DNA from: Thraustochytrium aureum
Lineage: Eukaryota
NCBI GenBank assembly: GCA_012862495.1
Contig: BLSG01000090.1
Location: 213,041 to 250,868 of the forward strand
Direction of reading: 5' to 3'
DNA: 37,828 nt
The notes under the pieces are model-generated. The model searched no databases and was not told the origin of the DNA. It saw only the letters and a program-made list of their open reading frames with translations. Both the position numbers and the translations under genes were made by a program. Position 1 is the first letter of the stretch. Each line of letters opens with the position of its first letter. This document shows positions 1 through 11,089 of this stretch, one piece after another.

Positions 1-2954
1 GGCCCTGCAAGCTGCCGACGCGCTCCAAAGTGCGGTCGAGCTCTGCTTTGGCAGCATCGCGCTCCCTCTCGAGGCGCCTTTCCTTCTCCTCGAGCGGCGC
101 CACCTTGTCTGCGATGGCTTGACGCGCGAGCCGAACCTCGCGCTCTTCGCGCCCCTTGTGGCCCCGGAAAACGCGCTGGATGGTTTGCACCGCTGCGAGT
201 CTCCGCTCGCGCGCGGCGCGAGCGATTCTGAGAAATTGAATCAGCTCCCGCGATTGGCGCGCGCGCCACCAGCTTTGCACAGTGGTGGCCGCCGCAGTCT
301 CGCGCGCTTGCAGTTGCGCAAAGCTGTGCATGATTGCGGCGATGTGCCGCCCTTTGCAGCCTCGCCACGCCTTTTGCATCTTCATCGCACTGGTCTGCTC
401 AAGTTGCCACTGCCTGGTTTCCCGCGCCGCTTGGGCCAGTCGACGGCCCACCATCCCGCGGCGCACTCGCTGGATCTTTTGGGCACTCGCCAGCTCGAGC
501 TCGGCGCGGATCTTCGCGGCGCGTCGCCGCATCATTTCCTCGTAGGCGCCTTTCGCTCGCCAGATCGACTGGAGCCGCATCGCTGCCATTCGCTCTGCAA
601 ACTCTTGCTCGGCGCGCTTCCGCTTGAGTTCGACCATTGCCAGGTAGCTGAGTCGGCCGCAGCGGCCGCGATAGCTCGCTGTATGCGAAGCGCCATGAGC
701 TCCTCGCGCCCGCGCTGCTCACTTTCATGCAGGGCGCGCATCGCAAGCTCACGCCGCCGCGCCGCCGCTGCCTTGCGGCCTTTCCATCCGCGAAAGGCGG
801 CTTGGATGCGAAGGGCGGCCACGGACTGGTCTGCTTGGAGCTCGCGGATCCGCCGTAGCTGGCGGGCGCGCTTTCGGCCTTTGTGCCCGCGAAAGTGGCG
901 CTGCAAGAGCTCTGCAGCACGAGTCTGCTCCTTGAAAAGTCGCTCGGCGCGGAACCGCTTTCGCACCAAGTACCCGCGTACGTATGCTTGCAGTTTGGGG
1001 ACCACGAATTTGCGCAGTGCGAATCGCCGGATAAGCCGCGCCCCGCCCCTGGCACGAACCCCTCTAACGAGCCGCTGAATCACCACTGCAGCGGCGTGGT
1101 GCACCCTCATCCTCTCGGTTTCGCGGATAAGTTCCATGGCCCCCGGCCGCGGCACCAGTGCGGGGCGGTCCCTCACGCATCGCACAAAAGGAAGCTGCTC
1201 GGCAAGCTCGCGGAGATACGCGTGAGAAACGCGTCGGCAGCTGCCCACCTCCAAGTTGAGCAGCCGCGTGCACCCCTCGCAGAGGTTGCGGATGCCGTGC
1301 CCCGAGATCCCTGGGATCCCGGACAAGTCGAGGCTGCGCAACGCGAGAAGCGCGTTCCCCATCATGGTTAGCGCCTCGTCGTCGATNNNNNNNNNNNNNN
1401 NNNNNNNNNNNNNNNNNNNNNNNNNNNNNNNNNNNNNNNNNNNNNNNNNNNNNNNNNNNNNNNNNNNNNNNNNNNNNNNNNNNCACAACCCACGGATGCC
1501 TTGGGCTTTGAGCTTGGTCAGCCCTCTCAGACTCAGGTTGCGCAGCCCGGGAAGGCTCTCGGCCAGGGCCCACACGTCGCGGTTGGCGAGGTTCTTGCAA
1601 CCGCCCAGGCCCAAGGAGACTAGCTTGGGGCAGCCCCGCCCAAGCGCGCGAACCGCGGCCCCGGTGAGCTGCGCGCACCCGGAGCAGCGCAAGACTCGCA
1701 AAAGTGGGCAGCCCCTTGCTATAGCGCGAATGCCGCCGTCCCGGACGTGCAAGCATCCGCTCAGGTCGAGCTCTTGCAGCTCGGCGCACCCTTGGCCAAG
1801 CTCGATGAGGGCGCGGTCTCCGTACTCGCAAATTTTGGAGCAGTTTTTCAGGTTGAGGTTCTGAAGTCCGCGGCAGCACTTGGCGAGTTCGACGATCCCG
1901 CCGTCGGTGACCGAGAGCAGTTTGCAAGCGACACGCGCCGCAGGCCTGGGCAGCCCGCGGCGACAACGCGCAGACCCAAGTCGTTGACGTTGGAGCAGCC
2001 GTCCAAAACAAGCGAGCGAAGCCCGCCGCACCGAAGCGCGAGCGAGCGCAGCCCAATGTGGGTCACCTTGCTGCACCCAGAGAGGTCCACCTCGACCAGG
2101 TAGACGCAACTGCGCGCCAGGGCCCTGAGCCCAACGTCCGTGATCTCGGCGCACCCGTGCAACGCAAGCCCTTGCACGTGCGGGTGCAGGTCCGCCAGCT
2201 CTTGCAGCGTAGCGTCCGTGATTGGCGACCCACTTTCCTTGGCATGTTTCGAGAGGTCGATGTGCGCTTTGAAGGAGCCCAGGTCGTCTTCGAGAAAGTT
2301 GGAAAGGAAAGAGCGGAGCACCTTTGGATTCTCCGGGCCAACCACAACCGAATGCCGGCTAAACGGTGTCTGGATGTCCCTTTCAGAGACCCTTGTGCCC
2401 GTTGTACTCGTTGAGATGGCAGAGGCGGCGGTGCCGATTCGCGGGATAGAATTGAGAGGCTCCAGCTGCCTGGGCGACCCGTTGCCTCCTGGTCCTGGGC
2501 GACTGCGCTTGCGCGACTTGAGCTGCCCTTTGGGGGAGCGCATAGCATCTACAGGCGGTGGGGACGGCGTTCGGCCTCGATGGCGCCGCTGCTTGCCGTG
2601 CAGGGGCGACGCAGCCCTCGGCGGGCTTATCGCGCCTGGCGGTCGGATCCTTGTTTCTGCCCACTGCGCATGCAGGGTCTTGATGCGAATCTTCTCCCGC
2701 GCAGTTGAAGACCTCGCGGCTGCGCATGCCACCTCGGACTGCGCGCCCTTTTGCTCCTCCTCACTGCTGCGCATGCAAGCAGGCCTTTCCTCTACGTGGG
2801 GCCCTCCCGTCGCGTCGTCGCCACGTCCATCAGGGGGCCTCTCTCTGTCTGTATTGGCTTCTTGGCTCCTTGCTGGACTCGGCCCAGGGGGTCGCGTTCG
2901 CAGCAGCAAGTCGTCCGCTTGTGTGGCATCCCCTGTCATCCGGCGCTGCGACAT
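1..2954 (-). CDS. Leucine-rich repeat (AMN1/FBXL-type, cysteine-containing) protein with multiple C-terminal IQ calmodulin-binding motifs; 3' end runs off the window; frame breaks at ~1911 and ~674; internal gap 1387-1483
   Basis: ATG at 2954. Tandem LRR-CC units (LHGCAEITDVGLRALARSC, LSGCSKVTHIGLRSLA, LSGCLHVRDGGIRAIARGC) run through ORFs 1848..2954 and 532..2154. IQ motifs follow (IQRLVRG, LQAYVRG, LQRHFRG, IQAAFRG). After the break at ~674 a third frame, open to base 1, carries more IQ motifs (LQSIWRA, IQRVRRG, MQKAWRG, VQSWWRA, IQRVFRG). Confidence 0.85.
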
Positions 2955-3684
2955 TGCCGCCTTGCGTCAGCGCACGCCGCGGCAAGCCTGAAAAGCGTTT
3001 GTTGCACTCTGTGGTTGCGCTGCAGCCCCTCCCCATCTATGGCTGTCTGGCTGTCTGCTTGGCTCGACAGCTGAGCACGGCTTTAGCCCGAGCAGCCGAG
3101 CGCACAGCCGTCTCAGCGAGCCAGCAAGAACGCCCGCGAGTCGCACCAGCAGATCTACAGCGCGGCCGCTNNNNNNNNNNNNNNNNNNNNNNNNNNNNNN
3201 NNNNNNNNNNNNNNNNNNNNNNNNNNNNNNNNNNNNNNNNNNNNNNNNNNNNNNNNNNNNNNNNNNNNNNNNNNNNNNNNNNNNNNNNNNNNNNNNNNNN
3301 NNNNNNNNNNNNNNNNNNNNNNNNNNNNNNNNNNNNNNNNNNNNNNNNNNNNNNNNNNNNNNNNNNNNNNNNNNNNNNNNNNNNNNNNNNNNNNNNNNNN
3401 NNNNNNNNNNNNNNNNNNNNNNNNNNNNNNNNNNNNNNNNNNNNNNNNNNNNNNNNNNNNNNNNNNNNNNNNNNNNNNNNNNNNNNNNNNNNNNNNNNNN
3501 NNNNNNNNNNNNNNNNNNNNNNNNNNNNNNNNNNNNNNNNNNNNNNNNNNNNNNNNNNNNNNNNNNNNNNNNNNNNNNNNNNNNNNNNNNNNNNNNNNNN
3601 NNNNNNNNNNNNNNNNNNNNNNNAGCGCGCTCGGGAGCGCGCTGGTGGCTCTGGGGTGGTGCAGGTGGCTGCCAAGGGAGCTCC

Positions 3685-4656
3685 ATGGGGGCCGACTGGC
3701 CCCACGGCCGGGACGACGGCGCGGGAGCGAGCGCTGCGGCCAACTTTAATGCGCAGGTTGTGACGCTGCTGGTTATGTATGTGCTCGTGTTTGCGTTTGG
3801 GCGGAGCGCGAACAGGGCTGTTGCGAAGAGGTGGGCGAGGGAGCACGTCGACGCGTTCAAGGAGCAGTTCAGCTGCGTCGGATTTCGCCTGGACCGCGGG
3901 TCGCACGAGGTTACCGGGGTCGAGGTGGAATACCCAATCGAGAGCGACCTTGTCAAGGTGGACAGCGCGCGGTCGTTCAAGTTTTACGCAACGGGGCGGC
4001 GATTTTGCAAGGGCATGCAAGTGGAGCTCGACCTCAAGCCGCGGCAAGACTTGCTGTACTTGGTGTACAGCCTCTTTTACGTCTGGGAGGACACAGTGAT
4101 GGTCGACGTCCCGATGAATGACGCAGACATGAGTCCGTTTGTCTTTTCGATCGTGCGCGCTGTGGACCTTGCCTTTGTGAAGCGGTCTATGCTCGACGTG
4201 GCGGCGTTTACTCGGCAGGTCCCACTCGAGCTCCTTCCGCGGCGGTTCTTGTGTCTGACGGACTGCAGCGAGCTCGTGACGCACCTCCTGGCGCCGCCAG
4301 TCGTCAAGATGCTGGCGCGATACGAGGAGTACATCGAGCTTGTGCACTTGAGCGACCAGAACACCGTTTCTGGGTTTGGGCCCAACTACGTGCCAGCCAA
4401 GGCGCTCCGCTTCCGGTTTCGGCTCCCGGCAAACGTGGAGCACTCGCAAGCGCTGATGCGGCTTGTGTTTGACCTGATTGACCTCGTTGGCTCGGCCCGG
4501 CTCTCCCCGGCGAGCCTCAAGAGCGCGCGGGACAGCCGTGCCCGTGCAAGAAGGCGCTTGTTGGCCCTTCAGCCCAAGCCCGGCACCCCAGGGGCGCTCG
4601 GCTCGAGCGGCCGCAAGCTCAAAAGGCAGAGGAGCGGGCCGTTGCAGGCGTCATAG
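3685..4656 (+). CDS. CCDC47: PAT complex subunit CCDC47 (DUF1682 family) ER membrane protein; true 5' end may lie in gap 3171-3623
   Basis: TM segment VVTLLVMYVLVFAFG followed by RSANRAVAKRW...FKEQFSCVGF, FKFYATGRRFC, LDLKPRQDLL and IELVHLSDQ, all typical of the family. Basic C-terminal tail; stop TAG at 4654-4656. Confidence 0.85.
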   Translation: MGADWPHGRDDGAGASAAANFNAQVVTLLVMYVLVFAFGRSANRAVAKRWAREHVDAFKEQFSCVGFRLDRGSHEVTGVEVEYPIESDLVKVDSARSFKFYATGRRFCKGMQVELDLKPRQDLLYLVYSLFYVWEDTVMVDVPMNDADMSPFVFSIVRAVDLAFVKRSMLDVAAFTRQVPLELLPRRFLCLTDCSELVTHLLAPPVVKMLARYEEYIELVHLSDQNTVSGFGPNYVPAKALRFRFRLPANVEHSQALMRLVFDLIDLVGSARLSPASLKSARDSRARARRRLLALQPKPGTPGALGSSGRKLKRQRSGPLQAS

Positions 4657-5373
4657 CTTGCAAGGTTTGTGACGCCAAGAGTGAGGACCGTTCAAGCGTG
4701 GATCGCCAAGTAGGCCGTTCGTTGTCGCCGCAACGCCGGTAAGTGTAAAATTATTTCTCCCTCCCTCTACTCTGCTCGTAGAGCTCTACTACAACTGCAA
4801 GCTCTCTGCTCGCTCTCCCGCACTCTAGCTCTAGAGCTAGTAGAGAGCGAGAGAGTGTAGAGCTAGGGAGAACAAGCCGCTCATCGCCTGCTCGTGCTAC
4901 GCCGACACCCGCAGTCGCCGCGTCTTTCTCGCATCAACTAGCTCGTCCGCAAAACAGCGCGAGCTCCAGCGCAGAGCGGCCGCCGCCAGAGCCCGGCGCA
5001 ATGCATGTCGACTTTTCCGTTTGACTCTGCTCTGAGTAGGTGAGTGGGTCGGTTGAGTACCAACGCAACATGGCAGCACCTTGTCGACGCTCGACGGCCG
5101 CGCACATACCTACCTCCTCTGCGCAATTGCCGGGCCCTCGCGTTTGCTGGTTCGTTGTGCGACGACAGCCACTCCTGCAGCGACCGCCGCCAAGAGGCCA
5201 GACAGTGGCTCTTCAATTCGAGGTGCGCAACGGACACCTCTAGCTAGACCATTCTGCGCGTCTTGCGTCTTCACGCGGCTGCAAGGGGCGATCACCGAAG
5301 GCCGCCAGGCGAAGAGGCGGCAGCAGTCGACTGCCTGCCCGATTCGCTGGCTGGCTGTTTGTCTGGCAAGCTC

Positions 5374-5412
5374 GCGGGCGGGCGGGCGGGCGGGCGGGCG
5401 GGCTGGCTGGCT
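5374..5412. repeat. Compound (GCGG)7(GCTG)n microsatellite upstream of the channel gene
   Basis: Read directly from the sequence. Confidence 0.9.
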
Positions 5413-5721
5413 CGCGTTCTGCGCGCACTGGAGTCCGAACAAGGCGTGGTTCTGGCGCTTTTTTGGCGCTGGAGCTCGAGCGCGGCACCCTGGGAGCANN
5501 NNNNNNNNNNNNNNNNNNNNNNNNNNNNNNNNNNNNNNNNNNNNNNNNNNNNNNNNNNNNNNNNNNNNNNNNNNNNNNNNNNNNNNNNNNNNNNNNNNNN
5601 NNNNNNNNNNNNNNNNNNNNNNNNNNNNNNNNNNNNNNNNNNNNNNNNNNNNNNNNNNNNNNNNNNNNNNNNNNNNNNNNNNNNNNNNNNNNNNNNNNNN
5701 NNNNNNNNNNNNNNNNNNNNN

Positions 5722-8647
5722 CGCTGGCCGTGTTCACCCAGAGCAGATATATGGCGTGACCTCACCGAGTGAAGATGGGGCTGCCACAGGGTCTGCACGG
5801 AGCGCGCTCGAGACAAGCGTCCAGCACGTATCAAGTGATGCTGCCCAGCAACGACGGGAGACCTCCGATACTATTGCGACGATGGTGGCTGCCAAGCGTG
5901 CCGCGGCAAAGTGGAAGCAGACCGCCAAAGGAAACCAGCGCGGAGGTAGCAAACAGGCTACCAACCAGCTCAAGGTGTGCTACCCGACTCGCGAAAAAGG
6001 CGACATAACCCCGAACCGGTTCTCGCCTGAAGCCTACGACGAGCTGGCCAACAAATTCGCAGTAAACCGCATGCAGACCGCCCGGAAGATGGTCCTTAGC
6101 CCGAGCGATACGACAGGGTCCACACGTCGACTCGCGCAAGATGAGGCGGTTTTACATGAGGAAGAAGGCGAGGGCGCGAACGACGCCGCCAGGGCGCCCA
6201 GGTCCGCCCCTGCGACACCAAAGCTGTCTCGAGAGTCCCCATTGGCCCAGAAAGGCAGCTCATTCTTTCCTTCAAAGGAAAACGTGGTGCAGAAGCGGCG
6301 CAAAGGGATTACAAGTATGCTGGAGGTGGACGTCTCGCTTTCGTTCCTGGCTGGCCAACGAAGGAGCTTTCTGCACAGCGCGTTCAGCGTGATTGAGTAC
6401 GGGAACTGGAAAAAGTACTATTGGGACTGGGGCATCGTTGCCCTAACCTTCTACAGCGTGATCATGATCCCGTTCGAGATGGCCTTCCCTTTGACGGTGG
6501 CCGATAGCCCGTTTTTGACGGTATTTGACCGGGTCTCGGACGTGTTTTTCGTGGTGGACATTGTGCTGTGCTTTCGCACTGCATATTTGGACGAGGACCG
6601 ATTCGAGGTCAAGGAGTTGGCTGAGATTGTACGGCGGTATTTGTACGGCTGGTTTGTGTGGGACTTTTTCGCCTCTTTCCCCATCGAGTTTTTCGCGTGG
6701 TGTTTCGGGCTTGGTGCGGCGAGCGAGGAGTGGACCAAAGTCAACAAGCTGCTGCGCATCACGCGCGTTGTCAAGAAGCTGGACGACATGGTAAGTTTGC
6801 GCTAGAGGGAAGCACGCTGCTCGCTTGCCTGGTGCCCGCTCTGGCGCTGTTCGCTGACGCTTTCGACCGTCCGCGCACAAAGGTCTTGACTGGCTACGTC
6901 CGTATCATCAAGTTGCTCGTCACCTTTGCCGTGGCGGCCCACGTAATTGCGTGCTTTTATTTCGCGCTTGGGCGGCTCCAGCCCGCGGATGTGGTGGGCG
7001 GGAGCTGGATCGACGTGCACAAGATCACCGACAAGCCCGTCGACTTTCAATACGTGTCATCCCTGTACTGGGCTTACGCCACGCTGTCGTCGGTCGGCTA
7101 CGGCGACATCACGGCGACGTCCGCCTACGAGCGCGCATTCGCCCTGATCACGATGTTTTGCGGGAGCATCATGTACGCGTCGATCTTCGGGACGTTCACC
7201 AACTTGATCCAGGAGCGCGACCGGAACAAGTCGCAGTACAACGATCGCGTCGGACGTATCAAAGACTTTACACGGGCAAACAACCTCCCCAAATTCATCA
7301 AGCAGAGGCTTTTGCGGTACCACGAAGCCTCGTGGCAGCTTCGAAAGGTGGCGGCGGGCGACGTTTTGGAGGTACGTTTAGAGCTTGCTTGCGCGTTGGT
7401 GACTGCGGAGGTCGCGCGCGATTGCAGGCAGAGCTGACGATGCGTGGGCGCATTTCGGCGTTGTTTCATGCGGCCACACCTAGGGCGTGCCCTCGTCCGC
7501 GCAGATCGAGCTCATGATGTTCCTGTACGCCGACCTGGTGACCCAGGTGCCCATATTCTCGCGTTGCTCGAAGCGGTTCCTGGAGAAGGTTGTGATGAAG
7601 TTTAAGCACTCGATATTCCTCAGCGGAGACTACATCATCAGGCAGGGCGACATCGGCGAAGAGCTCTACTTTATCGTGAAAGGCTATATCGAGGTCTATT
7701 GCTCGCCGCGTTCTGAAGACACCTCCGGCTCTGTGGACTTTGACGAGTTGGTTCGCGAGTCTTTCTTTGTGGTGGGTCGCGGCCCAGGTGCATTCATCGG
7801 CGAAGGAGCCCTCCTCTACGGCGAGCGCCGCGGTGCATCCGTCCTCGCTGCATCTGCCCTCGTCCAGACCCTTTACTTGACGAAAGAGGCCTTTGATGAA
7901 TGCGTTGAAGGCAGTCCGGAGGTGCTGGAGACGATTCGCGGCGTAGCAGCATTCCGAAAAGCAGAGTCGGATGATAACAGCAAGGCCATGTCGAGGAAGA
8001 AGACGTTTCTGGCCAAATCGCTCTCCAGCAAGCGGGAGGCATCCGATGGCTATCAGGGCAAGCTCAGCAGCGCGCTGACGCGCAAACGGGACTCTGCAAC
8101 AACTGCTGGAACACTCAGTGGGACGCTAGATGGAACGCGAAGTGGAAATCTGCTTTTAAAAAGCGGGACTTCCTTGCAAGACCTGCCCGATAACTCCTGG
8201 TCTCAGGGGGCACCCTCGCAGGCAGAGGGAGAGCCTGCTCAGGGACAAGTGGATATGACGCTGATCTCCGCGTTTCCTGCGGACGCAAAGCACAACATCG
8301 CTGGTTGCGCTACGTCATCCTCAGGCCCTTCGGCACCTCAGACATTTTGCTCTACGACGGAGGTGGACCGAAAGCATGAGGAAGTCGCGCTTGCCGCTTT
8401 ACGAGGTGAGGTGCAAATACTTGACGGCCACCACTACCAAACACCACGGGCCAGCGCCCGCCCCTTTGCCCCGCATGAGGCGCGCAAAGGTGAACAAAAT
8501 GGCAGTGAGATTCTGGCGCAGCTGGCGATTCTCCAGCAGACGATGCAAACGCTTGCCACTCAGCAGGAGGCACGCACACGTCAGCTGGAGGAGCGCATTG
8601 AGGAGCTCGCGCGTTGCACGAACAACCCCGGCGCACCACACAAGTAG
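5722..8647 (+). CDS. Six-TM potassium channel with cyclic-nucleotide-binding domain (KCNH/HCN/CNG superfamily); exons <5722-6790, 6883-7371, 7484-8647; start lies in or before gap 5499-5721
   Basis: S1 YYWDWGIVALTFYSVIMIPFEMAF, S2 DVFFVVDIVLCFRTAY, S3 YLYGWFVWDFFASFP, pore YVSSLYWAYATLSSVGYGDI. C-linker and CNBD follow (GDYIIRQGDIGEELYFIVKG...GAFIGEGALL...RRGASV), then a C-terminal coiled coil. Two phase-0 introns join the three ORFs exactly. Confidence 0.92.
6791..6882 (+). other. Spliceosomal intron 1 of the K+ channel gene (92 nt)
   Basis: Donor GTAAGT, branch-like GCTGAC at ~6853, acceptor AAG. Splicing gives the in-frame junction LDDM|VLTGYVRIIK. Confidence 0.85.
7372..7483 (+). other. 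Spliceosomal intron 2 of the K+ channel gene (112 nt)
   Basis: Donor GTACGT, branch-like GCTGAC at ~7433, acceptor TAG. Splicing gives DVLE|GVPSSAQIEL, matching the C-linker pattern. Confidence 0.85.
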
Positions 8648-8804
8648 CTGCAGCTATGGCTTGGAGGTGGTGCCCTCAAGCCACGTGCCTCGCAGGCCTA
8701 ACAAAGAAACGAAGCCGGTGAGCGGCTGGCGTGATGTCGATTCTAAAGAGAATGCGGTAGGAAACGGGCGAGCGCCCCATCCGCCGCGCCCCCGAGCGAG
8801 CCTA

Positions 8805-9770
8805 CTATGAGCCTGCAAGCCGCGCCAGTTTCTTGCGGCGCCGTTTCCGCGCCTTTGGGTTTGGGCGCTTGCGGTCCAGGTCCAACTCGCCGCGCACTTC
8901 GGTCGGCAGAGCTTGAACGCCACAGCAGAGCAAAAGACCATGCTCAAGCATTTCCCGAGACCGCTCCCGAACGACAAGGATTTTGGCTGGGTCGACCCGC
9001 TTGATCAGGCGGGGACTGAGCCCGCAGTACCAGAACGACGGGTAGGGACTTGTCGCAGCTTTGCCCTTTGCAAGCGCAGTGCTACCGCGCTCCGCTGCCA
9101 CCCAAGCAGGAGGTAGGTATGCGTACCTGGTGCCTTGGCGCACCACGAACGAGGCCGCCCCTGGAGCCACGCGCTCGGCAAAGTATGGCTTGGTGTACAC
9201 GTAGTTTGGCAGAAGCAACAGCCACGGCCGGTTGCTCGCCTTGGCAAAGTCGAGAAGGCGCTGCACGTGGTCGGCAGAGTATGGCGGATTGGTCACTAGG
9301 ACGTCAAAGGGCGGCACAGTGCCCGCAGCGATTCTAGCATAAAAGTCTTCGCAAACATTGTAAACGTTTCGGAAGCCCAGGTCGCCGAGGCTTTGGAGCA
9401 CCCGGCCATCGCAAAAGTATGGGTCGTAGATGCGGAGCGTGGTCCGCGTCTTTCCTGCCTTGGAAGCCACAAGGTCAAGGAGGTGCTCGATATCCTTGTA
9501 TGCAGTCGCTGGAGTCTCGCAGTGGTCGGCCTCGTCGACCTTGAACGGAAACGCTGGACGGCTCACGCCGAGGCCGACCGGGCGTGGGCGGCGCTCATGC
9601 CCAGGTAATCCGCTGTCGGCCGACGGCCTCTTTCGCTTGCTCGGTGCGCTGCGGCTGCGCTGAGGAGCTTGGAGCGACGGCGCCTTGTCAAGTGGGGCAG
9701 CTGGCTCTGGTTGTGCTTGGGCGGCGGCGCGGCGCCGTTTGGCGTTCCTGAAGATCTTGGGTTGCTCCAT
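8805..9770 (-). CDS. Putative SAM-dependent amino-methyltransferase (N6-adenine/N4-cytosine type, NPPY motif) of unknown substrate
   Basis: ATG at 9770 (MEQPKIFR). Motifs DHCETP, IYDPYFCDG (motif I-like), EDFY and FDVLVTNPPYS (motif IV). Basic termini; tandem TAG TAG stops. Confidence 0.7.
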   Translation of the reverse strand: MEQPKIFRNAKRRRAAAQAQPEPAAPLDKAPSLQAPQRSRSAPSKRKRPSADSGLPGHERRPRPVGLGVSRPAFPFKVDEADHCETPATAYKDIEHLLDLVASKAGKTRTTLRIYDPYFCDGRVLQSLGDLGFRNVYNVCEDFYARIAAGTVPPFDVLVTNPPYSADHVQRLLDFAKASNRPWLLLLPNYVYTKPYFAERVAPGAASFVVRQGTRYAYLPPAWVAAERGSTALAKGKAATSPYPSFWYCGLSPRLIKRVDPAKILVVRERSREMLEHGLLLCCGVQALPTEVRGELDLDRKRPNPKARKRRRKKLARLAGS

Positions 9771-11089
9771 TGGCCGGTGGATCAAGCCCGTGCCCGCCGG
9801 CCCTGCTCGTCCGCAGCTACCACCTACTTACGGCGGAAGGCCGCGCAAGCGCGCTGGCTGGTCGTGGTCGGCAGGTCGGCCTTAGAAAGGCTGGTCGCGT
9901 GGTCGGATTGTTCGCTGCTCGCTGGGTGGCTGCCAGCCTGCGCACGCCCTTCGCCGGTGCGGATGTCCGCTGCGGCGCTGACACGCGGCAAAGTGCGGAA
10001 TTTCAGGATGTGGCGGCGGCCTGACGTGAGCCGCGTTCGCTCAACGCACGGAGTGAAACGCGAACGGCCTTGGTTGGCACCTCGCAAGCACGCGGCTTCG
10101 CCTCCGCGCAGAACGCTGCGCAAGGCCAGGATTCTGCGCTTGGTTGCTCGCTGACAATTCGACAGACAAGCGAGCGTGCACCCATCTGTAAGGTGTGCGG
10201 GTGAGGTCCGGACAGCAGCCATGTTGGTGGAAGGGTGGGCTCCTGGGCAACTAATTGCCCGTGGATTCCGGTGTCGTCGTGCTCGACGACTCGGCGTCGG
10301 CTGGCTGCTGCTGCTGCTGCTTTTGGATGCGCACGAGCCAGGCGCTGGCGCAGCCGAATAGGATGTTTCGCAAGCAAGTGCGCCTGCATGTGCACTGGCA
10401 TGGCACGGAGAAGGCGTCTGTCTACCTACAGCCTTGACGAGCTCTTTTCAGCCTGCCCAGCTCCGTGCGTGTATGCACGCACCGCACCACCGACTAGCTA
10501 ATTGACCAATAGAACGGCGGTGATTGCCGCTCGAGAAGCCGGGCAGACCAACCAACCACTGCAGACGCACCAGCAAAACGCATGAACTGGCGTGACGGGG
10601 GCGGGTGCATGGATGGCTNNNNNNNNNNNNNNNNNNNNNNNNNNNNNNNNNNNNNNNNNNNNNNNNNNNNNNNNNNNNNNNNNNNNNNNNNNNNNNNNNN
10701 NNNNNNNNNNNNNNNNNNNNNNNNNNNNNNNNNNNNNNNNNNNNNNNNNNNNNNNNNNNNNNNNNNNNNNNNNNNNNNNNNNNNNNNNNNNNNNNNNNNN
10801 NNNNNNNNNNNNNNNNNNNNNNNNNNNNNNNNNNNGGTGGGCTTTCTCAATTCTGGTTGGCTGATTGATGCGAGGCGGCTGATGATGGGTGCAGAAAATC
10901 AGTTGCAAAACCCCACCCTGCCGCCTGGAAGGCTCACGATCGCCTCGCAGCTCTCCTTGCCGCAAGTATGAAGAATCCAGTCCATACTCCGGACCAGGCA
11001 GACTGCTCCTGGCGAGCAGACCCCTTACGCGACCGCACCTGAGCGCCCGCGGAGCCGCCGACCGAGAGCAACGAGGCCAGACCAGCAAG

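Noticed and set aside
119..1078. Long antisense and alternate-frame ORFs (119..1078, 10934..12106, 13304..15034, 34023..35315 and similar)
   Set aside because: Shadow ORFs expected in GC-rich coding DNA; they contain no recognisable motifs.
3665..3756. Possible 92-nt intron (GTGGCT...TTTAATGCGCAG) at the 5' end of CCDC47
   Set aside because: Size and acceptor are plausible, but the donor is weak and the upstream exon is mostly in a gap, so it cannot be tested here.
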